A stretch of DNA of 61,341 nucleotides, filler included, from Candidatus Omnitrophota bacterium (GTDB lineage: Bacteria > Omnitrophota > Gorgyraeia > Zapsychrales > Zapsychraceae): NCBI GenBank assembly GCA_015233495.1. It is 5 parts of 5 records of this genome, joined end to end, with 100 filler letters (N's around TTAATTAATTAA, not from the genome) between each part and the next. Parts side by side here need not be neighbours in the genome. Positions count along the whole stretch, not along the records: positions 49,543 to 61,341 come from JADFXQ010000055.1; 4 more parts are not named here. The stretch is one strand, 5' to 3'. A model generated the notes under the pieces. The model had not been told where the DNA came from and searched no databases. It saw only the letters and a program-made list of their open reading frames with translations. The position numbers and the translations under genes were made by a program. Shown piece after piece: positions 49,543 to 61,341 of the stretch. Numbering within the stretch: the stretch's first letter is position 1; every line of letters starts with the position of its first letter.

Positions 49543-52500
49543 CGGACTACGCTGTTTGTTATATGATCAAGGCCTTGGAGACCTTGCGGTATGACAGCAC
49601 TGGACGAACGGCTGGAAACAACCCCCAGACCTTTCGCACTGTTCACAACATCATTTAAACCTGTTTCCACAACAGGAGAGCTAATCATGTCCAAAGACGC
49701 TGCATGGACAGATCCGGCAAAACGGACCGCCGGCCCAATCGGGCTTGCCGCGACACCAGCAAAAACTGCTTGCTGTCTAACCATCGCGACTGGTCTTACC
49801 ACAACATCATTAACACTCTCTACAACCCTTCTAACAACCGTATAACCTGTTACTTTACCTGCTGCAACAACTTGACGTACTCGTTGAACCTCACGTTTTA
49901 CAACGTTCACACCTTCTACATTCGGCGCCGCCATAAAACCGGCGCTTCCAACCACTTTTGTTCCTGCTAAAACATTGCCCAATAACGCGGCAACAGAACT
50001 GATCGCGCCTCCAAACGTTGCTGAGGCGGATGTGGCACCACCTATATCCGGTGGCGATTGCCGGTAATGTTCCAGAAGCTCTTTCAAAAACTTTAGGAGC
50101 CCTGTACCAGCCAAACCATTTACTATATCAACAACTCGATTAACTCTTACAACTTTGTGATTCGCTAACTTATTACCTCCATTCACCCATCCGATCACCA
50201 CCGGACGAGCAATCACAAACCACAGTTCTTCTACAATCGCGGGCAAACGACTTCTATTGCCCTTTCTTTCCGTTCTTGTTCTCGTGGCCACACTTGATCC
50301 GCAAGTTAAATCATCTACTTTATCGCTCGTGTATTGCAACACCGGCGAGGACACTGAGCGAGTGTCCGCCGGCGAACTGACTCCGGGATGCAAGACGCGC
50401 CAAGCTCCGCCTTCAGCACTCTTCTGCTTGCTTGAATTAAAATAATCCGCGTCCGTAGCGCCATTCACCGGCGAATTCATTGCTAATTGAATATGAACTG
50501 GAGAAGCGGCGGCCGTTCTGGTGCCGCCCATGATTTTCGCGAAAGTCCGGGTCACTGGAGCTGGTCCACCCGCATTCGACCCCGCTGACCGGCCGCCATC
50601 ACCCCGGCCTCCGTTATGACCATCCAACAAAGACGGCGCGTTCCAAGCCACCTGAACCGGCAACGCGGCCGTCATAGGAATTCGTTCTTTATTCGCCTCG
50701 TTAAACGGATTCTCCCGCGCCGGTCTCGAAGCCGGCTGCACCGCCATACCCAAAGGCCCGATCGGCGCCATCAAAGGCACGCTAATTGGCGAAGCCGCTG
50801 GTACTGCTGTTGGCACAACCGCCGGCAAGCCTGATTCAGCTGATGTGGCCGACGGCGTTAAATTATCCGGGTTCTCTGGCGGTCTCCAGCCAAAGAACCG
50901 CGCGAGCTTCTCAAATATATTCCCAAAAAACGCGTTCAGCACGTCCCACAAATTATAAGCCTTCTTCAAATCCGCGGACGGAACAGGTATAACAATAACC
51001 TCGGTATCCGCAACCGCGGAAGAATGCGATGATTTCTGCCGATTTTTCGACTGTTGATGATTAAATCTTCCGGAAGCTTGCAAATATTTGATTAATTCCC
51101 GCGCGGAATAAGCGTAGGCCGACCCTTGATAACGAACCAATTCCCAGCCCTTTGCTTGACCATATTTCTTAAAATCCAACGGCGCGGGTAAGACATGGCC
51201 GCTGGTGGAAGTATACAAGCTATACACATTCAAATCATGATCCGGCCCAGGAGGAACATTTTTTTCATTACGCGCGATTTTTCGCGCTGCCGCGTCAGCC
51301 GCGATGTCAAAATTCTTCAAAAGCATGACGATTTCACGACTCGACAAATCTTCCGTTCTCTTGTTGCTCAATTGCGGCCATGTTTCGCCGGCATATAAGT
51401 CCTGGAAGGTAGTTTTCTTAATTTGGAAATCACTAATTGACGTGTTCATCCCGGCGGCGCCCAACACTGCTTCTACCTGACCTTTGCCTTGCTTATTAAA
51501 ATTATCAAAATCCTCCGCCATTTTGATTGCCGCTAACTTCAACGGATCAATGTGTTGAGCCGCGGCTGCCGCTTTTATTGCCGCCTGATGCCGAAGCACA
51601 TCTTCTTTAATGTCTTGAATGGCAAAAGCTATTTCAACCGGATCAAATCTAAAATTTATATAATCCCGCCGAATTCCGCGAATAAAATCGCCTTCCGGAG
51701 TATGCTGCCGCAATATTCTCTCCATCCGGCTGGCGCGCTCCAGCTTCTGATCCTGTATCCGGGCAGAAACAAATATGCCTCCGGTGATAACGCTAAAAGC
51801 CAAAGCCAGCAAAGGCCATTTTTTCCTTAAACTATCAAATATGCTCTCTTCCTGAGCATAGCGGGGCGCTGATTGCCGCATAGATCGCGAAGCTGAACGA
51901 GCCGATCTCGAACGCGAAGAGGAACCCGGAGTTACGCGCGGCGTTGCCTCCGGCGGGGTTTGCGGCCGCCCGACCGAACTTCCCCGGCGCGGACGCAGAG
52001 GATCATTGTCATCAAACACCGGCGAAGCGGCGCTGGCTTGCTTAAGCGCTAACCCTGCCGGAGCCCTGGCTGCATTCTGAGCAAAAACCGCCTCCACATA
52101 CGCTTGAGCGGCTTGCAAAGCTTTCTCCGCCGCTCGCGATTCAGCTGTCAACTCGGCTACTCTTTCTTCCGCTCTCCCCTTGGCCGCGACTATTGTATCT
52201 GCCGCTTTCGGCGCGTCTGCCAAAGCCGTCAAATCTGCCAATCTTACTTGTGCTATCGCCAATTTAGCTTGCACTTCTTCTGCCGCGTTCTGCGCCGCGG
52301 TCTCGACTCTCCACGCTCGCAAGGCCGCGCGTTCCGCGGCCCTCTGTGCGTTAGGCAAACTCCGCCGCGGCGACTCTCCTGCTCCAACCTTTCGGCCGCG
52401 CGCTCCCTGTGCCGGCCGCAGTACAATCATCCCTAAAGCCTGGCTAAGCGCTTCATACGACGAAAATTCCGTGTTAATACGATAAACATAAAATGTGCCC

Positions 52501-55500
52501 GCTCGAATCGCGTCCCGGATTTCTTCCGCTCTTTCATAGCCCGCGTTCAATAAAGCGTTATAAATTTGGGTGGCTAATCCTTTTTTATCGCCGGTGGCTT
52601 TTAAAATTTCTTCATAAGGCAAACCTTCAATCACCCGCCTATACGCGCGCGCCGGTGAGGAACTGCCAGTTACTGCCCGGGCGAACTGCGCGGAGGATGC
52701 CGCAGGCGGAGCGCGGGACAATTGATTATCAAACGTTACTTTTGCCGGGAAGGCAGAACTCAACCGCAACGCTATCGGACGGGCAAAAGGCGAAACCACT
52801 GGCGAAGCGCCTGTCCCAAACGGCGCTGCCGGCGCGATAAACAAGCGTAACAGACCATCATCCTGCGCCGGCGAAGATTGATCAAACCCCAGCTTTGTCC
52901 CTACTTTATCAAATTTTTGGGTGAACTCCGCCGGACTCGCCGCGGCCGCGGTTTGCCGATCCTCCGGGTTTGCCGGATTCAAAGCGACCCGCGCCATCGC
53001 TACCGGCGAGCTCAAAGAGTTCGGCGCCGTAAAATTTTGCGCCGGAGCGGGCGGCCGCGTAGTTGGCTGAGGTTGACTCATGCCCGGACTGGCCGGCGGC
53101 ACGGTCGGACCCCACGACGCGTATTGTCCGGTCGGCGACACCACCGGAGCCATCGGGGTCAACCCGATTTCCGCGAAATGGTTTTGCAATGCTTGCCGCA
53201 TTCTCCATCCGGTTCGGTGATCAATCCACTGCAACAGATTTTGGATCTTTTGATCTTTCTTATAACTTTCTTTTTCCGCGTCTTTCGGATCTCCGCCTAA
53301 AAGCATACGCAAAGCCGGCGACAACATTACCGGCGCCAAATGGCCAAAAAACTCAATCGCCACCCCGTGTTCGGTTTTTTGCAAGCTCTTGGACAGACGT
53401 TCCAAATTCGTCAAATCCGGTTTAGGGGTTTGTCGGGTCTGCCAACTCGCGTCCATTTGCTGCAGCACTTGACCAATCTCCCGGATCAACCCATCGACCC
53501 CCGGAGCGTTGCCGTCATAATGCGGGCTGTTCAAAATCCGGTTCCGGGCGCCGATCAACTGCTGTTTAAATTGATCTTCATCAATCTCGCCTTGCCGCAA
53601 AGACTTGATCGCTTCCCCGACCGCGTTGTCATATTCGCCGCCAAAATGATCCCGTGCCGCCTCAAACGCCCGGCGGGGAACCCGCTGGGCAAACGGGATC
53701 GCGTCCGAAAAATTCCGCAGATACCGCGACATAAACACCGGATCGCGGCCCGGGCTCCTCTGCTCGGCCAGCGCGTGCGCGCCGTCGTGCAACAAGGCGT
53801 TCAAATGCGTGATATCATCATTCGCCACATGTTCCTGATTAACATAAATCAAACTGCCCCGGCGCAACGTTTCGTTGCCGTTCATAGTGGATCCGCCCAT
53901 AACGCCCTGGTCCCGCACCTGAGCCGCGTAATCTTGCGACAATAAATACCTCAGCTCAATGCCTTTGGCCCGCAGTAATCTCTGCAAAAATATTATCCAA
54001 TGTTCCGGCGGCGTGCCCGCGGCTTCCAAGGCCTTGCGCACCACATAATTCCGGCCTTCCGTGGACAAAGACGCGTGCTCAAACATATACCGGTCATAAA
54101 TCTTGCTGGCAATCACCCCGTTGCGGCTCGCTAACCCGGTGTTTCTAAACTTCAAAATCCCCCAATTAAAAGTGTTCCAACGCCACCAGCCGTATTCTCC
54201 TTTAATCCCCAGCAGATTTTCCAAAACCATTTCCCAACTGCGGTCCAATTTCCGGACTTTCTCGTCGCGTTTCATCAAATCAATAAACCAGCGCGCGCCG
54301 GTGAACTGCGCCACAATTTCATTGGTAGCGTGCGCGGTGCCCATGGTCAAACCTTTAATCCGGGTCTCATTGAGCACAATGTGATGCAACTCATGCTCCA
54401 CGTCAAACCGCAAAGATAAATCGTTCAACAAACGCCGGCCGCTTTGCGTCCGGTGATCGTCCCAGCCGATGTTCAACGACGACACCATCATCGTGTAATG
54501 GGTCCCGTCGTCCTGCACCTGCAACCGGCCCATGTCCATGTCCGTCATGATTTCCGGATTCACGATCTTGACCACTACTGGTTTGCCCCGCATCCGGCGG
54601 CGCAATTCCGCGGCCGTGATCTTGTTCGGGTCAGTCATCTCGCCAAACACCGCCAAAGCCGCGTCTTTCTTTTTCTTTTTATCCAAAGTCTGTGGTTTTT
54701 TCCCAATCAGTTTCGCGACGCGGCCCTTGGCTTTTTGCACTGCCCGGTCACCGGCCAACCGCATCACATAACCGACCGAAGCTTCTTGCGACGCGTCATC
54801 CGCGAACCCGTTGAGATAATTTTCCAATTGCCCTTTGATCCCGTCGTTCAACATCGCTTCCGCGTTGACATACGACCCAAACCGGCCATAAGCCCGGAAA
54901 TACAGCGCCGCAGTCATTAAATTCGCTTCCTGGCCTGATCCGCCTTTTTTGCCTTTATCGTCTATATGCGCGTAAATGCCTTCCGGCGCCAAAGCTTCTT
55001 TCGCCCGGTCCATCATTGACTGCCGCTGGGCCGCGGTGGACCAATCGCCCCAAAATTCCGGCGCCTGCATCTGCCGGGTCACGCCCTGCACAAATTCCGG
55101 CGCCGCGGTATACTGTTTCATGAACAACATCTGATTCACGAACGACAGATTCTGCTGTAATTGATAATCCGGACTCAAATGCCGAATGATATATGTACGC
55201 TGGGTTTCCACGTCGATATCTTTTTTCCACCACGACGCCATAAACCACGGCAACTTCACGATGCCCAACCCGGTCCACGGCTTCGCTGCCACGCGCACAT
55301 CCCGGCCATAAGTCACCCAATTGCCGTTTTCATCCTGACCCACGCTCTGATGCCGCTGATACGCCGAATTCCCGCCATAACGTTTATACGCTTCGCGCAA
55401 AGAATATTTCGCGCCGTCCATGCGGCTGTGATCTGCTTTGCGTTTGCCGGAACGGTCCATTTTCCCGTTTAAAGGCGTGATTTCCGCGATCACTGCCGCG

Positions 55501-58500
55501 GGCGCGTTAGGGATGGCGAGTATGTTCGCCAAAGGCGCGCCTAAGCCGGACGTAGCTGGCAAACTGTTCATCACCGCCGCGGCGCCTTTGGATTTTTGCC
55601 AGGACTCATTGTCAAACCAGCCTTTCGCGGTCTGGAGTTTGCCGGGTTTACGGTCGATCATCACTTGCACGGTTTTCCCGCCTTCGCCCTGCGCCTGCAC
55701 TCTCCAGCCGCCGTCCTGCAAATCTTCAATCTGCAATTTTTTCGCGCCGTCCGCGGTCAATTCCGTAGCCACCATCTTGCCGTCTTCCATCTTAAATTCC
55801 AGAGGCCGCATCGTGCCGGTGCGCGTGTTGTGAACAAAAAGTTTTTTCTTTTTCTTGTCATCCGGCACAAAAAACTGCACACCCTTAAAATCGCGGTGCG
55901 TGAAAACTTTGCCCTTATCCTGGGATTTAATTGCCATCGCTTGCGCCGCGGCCTGCTCTTCCGGCGTTTTACCCCGCGCGTCATCCGGCCGGCCTGCTTC
56001 TTTCGACCGGTCAGTCATGGTCTCCAATTGGGTGCGCTCGCCGGACATCCGTTCCGGCAGCCAATTTTTGTCCAAATGCCGGCGGGTGCCTTGCACAATC
56101 CGCGTCGGATCCGAGCTCAACCCAAACCCGGTCATTTCCTCGGTGACCGGCGAGCCGGTCAATTCCAACCCCGTAAGCGGCCCGACTTCTGCGCGCAATT
56201 GTTTCACTTCAACGCGCAATTGCTCCACCGTTTTATCCCCCGCCCCTAAATTCAAAGTCCGCGGATTGCCGTTCTTACGGCTGCCCACTTCGCTCAACGC
56301 CTGATTTTTATCCAAAACAATTTCATCCAGCATCCGCAGCGCCGAAGCCATGGATTCCGCCAGCACCTTATCCGACGTGGCGTTGCCAAACAAACTGTTC
56401 ACGGTTTTTTCCTGATATTCTTTGGACTGAATATTATCGCGTAATTTCTTTAACCGCGCTTTTTCCTTGGAAGTCAAAGTCGGTCCCCATTGCCGGATCG
56501 CCTCGGTCACGATCGTCGAGGCCATTTCCCAAATATTGTTCGAATGCCCATGCGCCACGTTGACCTTGCTCAAAATCTCCTGATTCTGTTCCGCCAAAGC
56601 GATCAAACTGTCCACGGACCCGGAACGCACGCCATCGCTCTTGCCTGTGATATTAAAATGGATCACTTCCGTCACCAAATCCAAATCCCGCGGCCGGTAC
56701 ATGGCTTGCGCCAGGTCGCGTTCCGGCGTGAAACTGTCTGTCAAAAGCACATATTTCAACCCCAGCCCGGCGTTTTTGATTTCCGTCAAATCCGTGCCTT
56801 TATTTTGACCGCGGCTCACCAAAGCCAGCCAGCGTTCGCCGTTGCGTTCCGCGGCAATGATCCGGTCCTGCATATTTTTTAAAGCCGGTTGTTTCCCGCC
56901 CTCTTTGATTGCCACGCCCTCGCCTTTGATCTTCCCCTCTCTGACCGTATATTCCAAATAGCGGCCTTCATGCGGCGCGAACATAAACACCTTGCCGTTG
57001 CCCACGCGCTGAGCCATCAAATCCGCCAGCAAGTTCACATCGCTATACCTCTGCGCGTCAATCACCAATTTCACCCCGCCGCGTCCGCCCGGATCCATCG
57101 GCTGCAATACCCGGTCCGCGATCAACTGCGGCCGGTCTTTTCCCTGAGCGCCGGCGTTAAACACCCGCACATTTTTTCCCGCCAAAGTTTCCGTGAGCGG
57201 CGTGTTTTTGCCCCAAATGCGCATCCCGTACGACGCTTCCCAGTTGCGGCCTTCGATCTCCGGCACGTGCAAAGAAAACCCGAAAATTTTGCCGCCTTTA
57301 TTCATCGTATCCGTCAACAAATCTTTCGGCGACACGCTCACCGTGCCGTTGTCAGTAGCCGGCAATTTAAACCGGAAAAGTTCCCGCGCCCGGGCAGTCG
57401 CTTCCGGAGAAACCAATTTCCCGGTCCGGGTATACTTGGAAACCAAAGTCTGAATCACCGTATCCATCGGGTCCTTGGCCACTGTGTTGGCGGCAGACCC
57501 GTCATTCGCCGAGTTTTCATACGACCGGCGTTCGCCTTTTTGCAGCAAACCAAATTTTTCCCGCGGCAAATATTGGTTTTCCGCGTCGACCAACCGCCGC
57601 ACCACATGCGCGTAAATTTCCAATTTTCTTAAATTGGTTTTCCCCCAGCCGGTGCGCTCAAACACCTGCTTGACCCGGCTGTTCGTAGCCGAATCCCCGG
57701 AAATTTCCTGCGCCGCGAAACGGCCGCTGCCGTCATGCGCGATATTGCTGAATTCCGATTCATGAATCCCCAAAAACTTGCCAGCCTCAATCGCGCCGCG
57801 CACCGTTAAACCAATGCCGTGCGGATCCGCCGCGGCCTGCTCCCGGCTGCCGACCTGGGTCCAAAGGCCATCCACGCCGCCGCGTCTTTCCACCCAGCGC
57901 AAAATTGGCACTGCCTGCCAAGCGAAAATCCGCGCTTTCCATAACATCCCCTGTTCCGCGGCAAACACTCTCGGATTGGTCAACAATTTCATAAACCACA
58001 TCCGCGATCCGCTCTTCCCGTCCGGAACAGCCAGCGGCCGGTCCGACAAGAAATCCGAACCTTCGTCAAAGATTTTATTTTTCGCGATTTGGCCGTGATG
58101 CACAGCTTGCAGAGCTTCTTGCCTTCCTAAAATCTGAATATCCCGCAACTCCGGAAAATATTTTTGAATTTCGCGCGCTTTATCCACGTCAGACTGGCTG
58201 GTGAAAATCGTAGCCATGTCTTTCGCGCTGCTGCCCAGCAGTTCCGCGATCTTGTCTGCCAGCAAATACATCAGCGTAGTTTTACCCGCGCCGCCTTTGG
58301 CCCGGATAAACTCCGCGACATAAGTCTTGTCCCCGGACCCGCTCGCCTGTTCTTGACACGCTAAAACCAAAATCCGTAAAACCCGGTCCTGCTCAGCTTG
58401 TGTCCCCGTGCGCAGACGATCCGAATTACTACCCGAAGACAGTAAACCCGCCATATTCGCGATATCCAAACGAATTTTCAAAATCCGTTTCAACTCATTT

Positions 58501-61340
58501 GCCGCTTGCACCACTGCCGGCGCCTGCAAAGCCGCGTTTTCCAATTCAAAACGTTCCTCAGTGGTCCGCTCCGTAGAAGCGCGCGGGGTTTTTACATTGC
58601 GGAATTCGCCCGCCGCTAATTTGAGCGCCGCTTCCTGAGTGATCCGGTCATTCACTGCCCGCGCCTTTTCCGTCAAGCCGGTGTAACCTTCGCGGCCCAA
58701 CAACCCGCGCATCTCGGACAATTGCACCCCAAACTCGCTCTGCGCCGCTTCCCGCCAACGGCGCAACTTATACATTTCCAAATGAATCAATTCTGCCACT
58801 TCCGCGTTGCTTAAACCCCGCGCCGCGATATGAATCTGCTCGCCCAAACTCGCGTCCGACCCCCGGCTAAAATGCCCGCGGGTCAACGGGTTCTTGCCAA
58901 AATAATCCATGTTCTCATGCAGCCAAACCCGGATCTGTCCGTCGCGCACCTCTACCCCTTGCGGCCCTTCCACCAAATCTCCTTCCCGATCCAAAGTCAT
59001 CACCCGATGCGCCTGCTCCTGCGGCCCAACCGAACCACCCTCCGGCTTCGCCGCCCCAACCGGCCGAAAACCTTGACGAACATCGCCGTTCACTGACTTG
59101 ACCGCTGAATTCCCCGAATCATGCGACCCGGCAGCATTCCCCGTGTTCGAAGGCGTAAAATCAGCAGCGCTCAAATCTCTTTCGGCTCCCTCACCGAAAG
59201 CGTCGATCCGCCGCTGTAAAGCATCCGCCTCGCGCTGGCGCGTCATCTCCGGCTGAATATCCCGCGTCAGTTCATCAATCCGCACCCGGTTGCGCGCCAT
59301 TCCTTCTTCATTCAACTGTTGCTGTTGTTGCTGTAATTTCGCGAGTTCCGCTTGTAACATTGGCAGTTTAGCTTGTTTTTCCTGCAAGCTCTCTCCGGTC
59401 CGTTGTAATAGGCTTCCTTCGCTAGTAAGACGGCGATTTACACTTTCCAAATTACCTCTCAGTCGTACAAGCAGTTGCGCTCTTGCACGGTTTGATGGTA
59501 AACCTTCTAACTTGGCGATCGCCTTTTCTATTCCCGCCTTTTGATACTGTAAATTTTTGACTGTAGCTCCCGTTGCTGTTTTCAATGACGTTAGTGTATC
59601 GATAGCACACGTAATATCTTCGATTTCCTTTTCTGTGCTAGTTATCTCTGTAGTTTTTGTTTTTTCTCTTTCAGCAAATTCCCGGTCGATTGCATCCTGC
59701 CGGACTTGCGCCACTCTTGCCAACTCTGCACTCGCTTCCGCCGGATTGCTGGATGCTCTCGCCTTTCTTTCCGCTTCGTTCAACTTGGCTATCGCGTCTT
59801 TATCCACTTGCGCTTGCGCGTCTGTTACTTCCTTTAACAACCTTTCCGCCTCAGCTAAAGCAGTTTGCGCTTCGGTTGCCAAAGGTTTATACGCGTCCAA
59901 CTCTCTTTGTGCCTGATCAACCGCTGTCTTTGCTTTGTCATACGCCGCTTCTGCTTGAACTAAATCATCCCCTGTTTTTCCTTCCCGCGCCTTATCCTGA
60001 TCGCTACGCGTTTTGACTGCGTCTGCCAAAGCCTGCGTCAATCTATCTAATTCCGCTTTTTTCCCATTTCCGCCACTGTCACCTTCCCACTCTGCTCTGG
60101 CTGTCTTGACTGCTTGTTCTCTGTTATTTATTTGTTGTTTATATAAATTTTTCCCCGCGCCATTTTCCACTTGCTTTTTTGCTCCCGCGTCCCCTAACAC
60201 CGCCAAATCAACCAATCCATCAACCTTAGCCTTCAGCTTCGCGGCTTCCGCGGCGCGTCTGCGAGTTTGAACATCCTTAAGTTTCGTTTCCGCCGCCTTA
60301 AACCGCCCCTCATGATCGGCCAAAGCCCGTTCCGTGTCTTCTAAAGCAGTATCAGCTTCTCGCAATGTTTGTTCTTTTTCTTTCAAGGCTTTTTCTGTCA
60401 TCGCAATATCTCTTATAATATCCGATCTTTTCGCTGCTTTTACAGCATCTTGCTCCCCACCAACCGCATTTTTCTCCTGGATTATCGCCTTTCTTGCCGC
60501 GTCTCTCGCATCACGTAAAACTTGAATCTTCGTTTTTCCACCTTGATCGTTTGCCCCGCCGTTCACAGCATCTAACTCCGCCGCCACGCGTGCTTCTTCC
60601 TCCTGGATTGCCTGGATCTTTGCATCGTGCGCCGCATCCAAAGCCTTCTGACGTTGCTTCACTACCCCGGGTGCTGGTCCCCTTGCCTCACCCGTAGGTA
60701 ATTTTTCCGCCGCCGCTACGGCTTGCGTTTGCGCTTCGCCGGTCGGCAGTTTTTCCGCGGCAGTACGCGCTTTTGCCAGCTCTGCTGCTTCCGCTGTCAA
60801 TCTCGCCTCTACGCCCGCGTTGATCCGCTCTTGCACCGGCGCCAATTTTTCCCGCGCTTGCGCCAACGCTGTCGTGGGCTTCTGCAACTCAATTGACGCT
60901 ATGGCAAAGGGGCTTCTTGCCTCTTCAACCGCGGCATTTAATTTTCGGCCTTCCCGGAAAGTAAACCATCGAAACACCCGATTTCTTTCATTATATTTGT
61001 CCAAAGCCGCTTGCTCTTTCCCAAGATTCGCCCGCGCGGCATCAACAATTATTTGCTGTGCCTCAACTGCTCTAATCGCGACTGCAAGTTGGTCTTCTCC
61101 CTGCGCATCTTTCAACCCTGCCTGTTCTAAAGCTGAACGACTATCTAAAGTTTGAGTAATATCCCCAGCTGCCTCCAAATACTGCTGTTTCAACAAAGCA
61201 TTCACGCTATCTTGCGCTGTTTTCTCTCTATCCCCAGGAATCTTCCAAACCCTTTCCGCGGCCTCAAATGCTAATTTGGCGGCTTTATTAACGGCTTCCG
61301 CATCTTTTAATGCTTGTTTGGCATCTTGATGCTTTTTCCA
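49543..61340 (-). CDS. Giant multidomain protein, internal fragment (at least 3,930 aa, open at both ends)
   Basis: No stop from the window edge (frame continues WKKHQDAK..DSVN upstream of 61205) to the linker; coiled coils, SecA-like core, HExxH, TM + SLT-like module, repeated SP motifs. Confidence 0.92.
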
Positions 61341-61341
61341 G

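Noticed and set aside
49591..61155. Many plus-strand ORFs opposite the giant gene and other CDSs
   Set aside because: Antisense shadows with no recognisable motifs

Overview
Bacterial DNA from a fragmented draft genome (MAG/SAG). Five unrelated contigs are joined by artificial 100-nt N/TTAATTAATTAA/N linkers at 12859, 25218, 37422 and 49443, so adjacency across linkers means nothing. Gene content suggests Candidatus Omnitrophota (PVC group); this is inference. Contig 1 (1-12858): a minus-strand housekeeping run (PIN/TRAM, ispD, ispF, cysE, cysS, tmk, holB, ricT, metG, mtnA, thiL, tsaE, tsaB, alr). Contig 2 (12959-25217): a type II secretion/type IV pilus-like operon with a 142-bp palindrome inside it and a locally corrupted gspG, then a coiled-coil protein and a Deg/HtrA protease. 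Contig 3 (25318-37421): an IS left end, GT-C/TPR protein, MFS transporter, purN, an FtsH paralog, eno, ftsB and tRNA-fMet, followed by an integrated satellite-like element (FseA-like regulator, two HTH genes, primase-helicase cut by a second IS). Contig 4 (37522-49442): an rluA/lptF chimeric junction, comF, an ACP + two phytoene-desaturase-like + nitroreductase + 7TM histidine kinase cluster, pyrE, a Maf-M48 peptidase fusion, DUF192, lpdA, a tRNA-Leu flanked by antisense copies of itself, and the same IS left end. Contig 5 (49543-61341): one uninterrupted fragment (at least 3,930 codons, open at both ends) of a giant protein with coiled coils, an embedded divergent SecA-like ATPase, zincin-type motifs, a membrane-anchored lysozyme/transglycosylase-like module and a recurring [SA]SP[VIA] linker motif.
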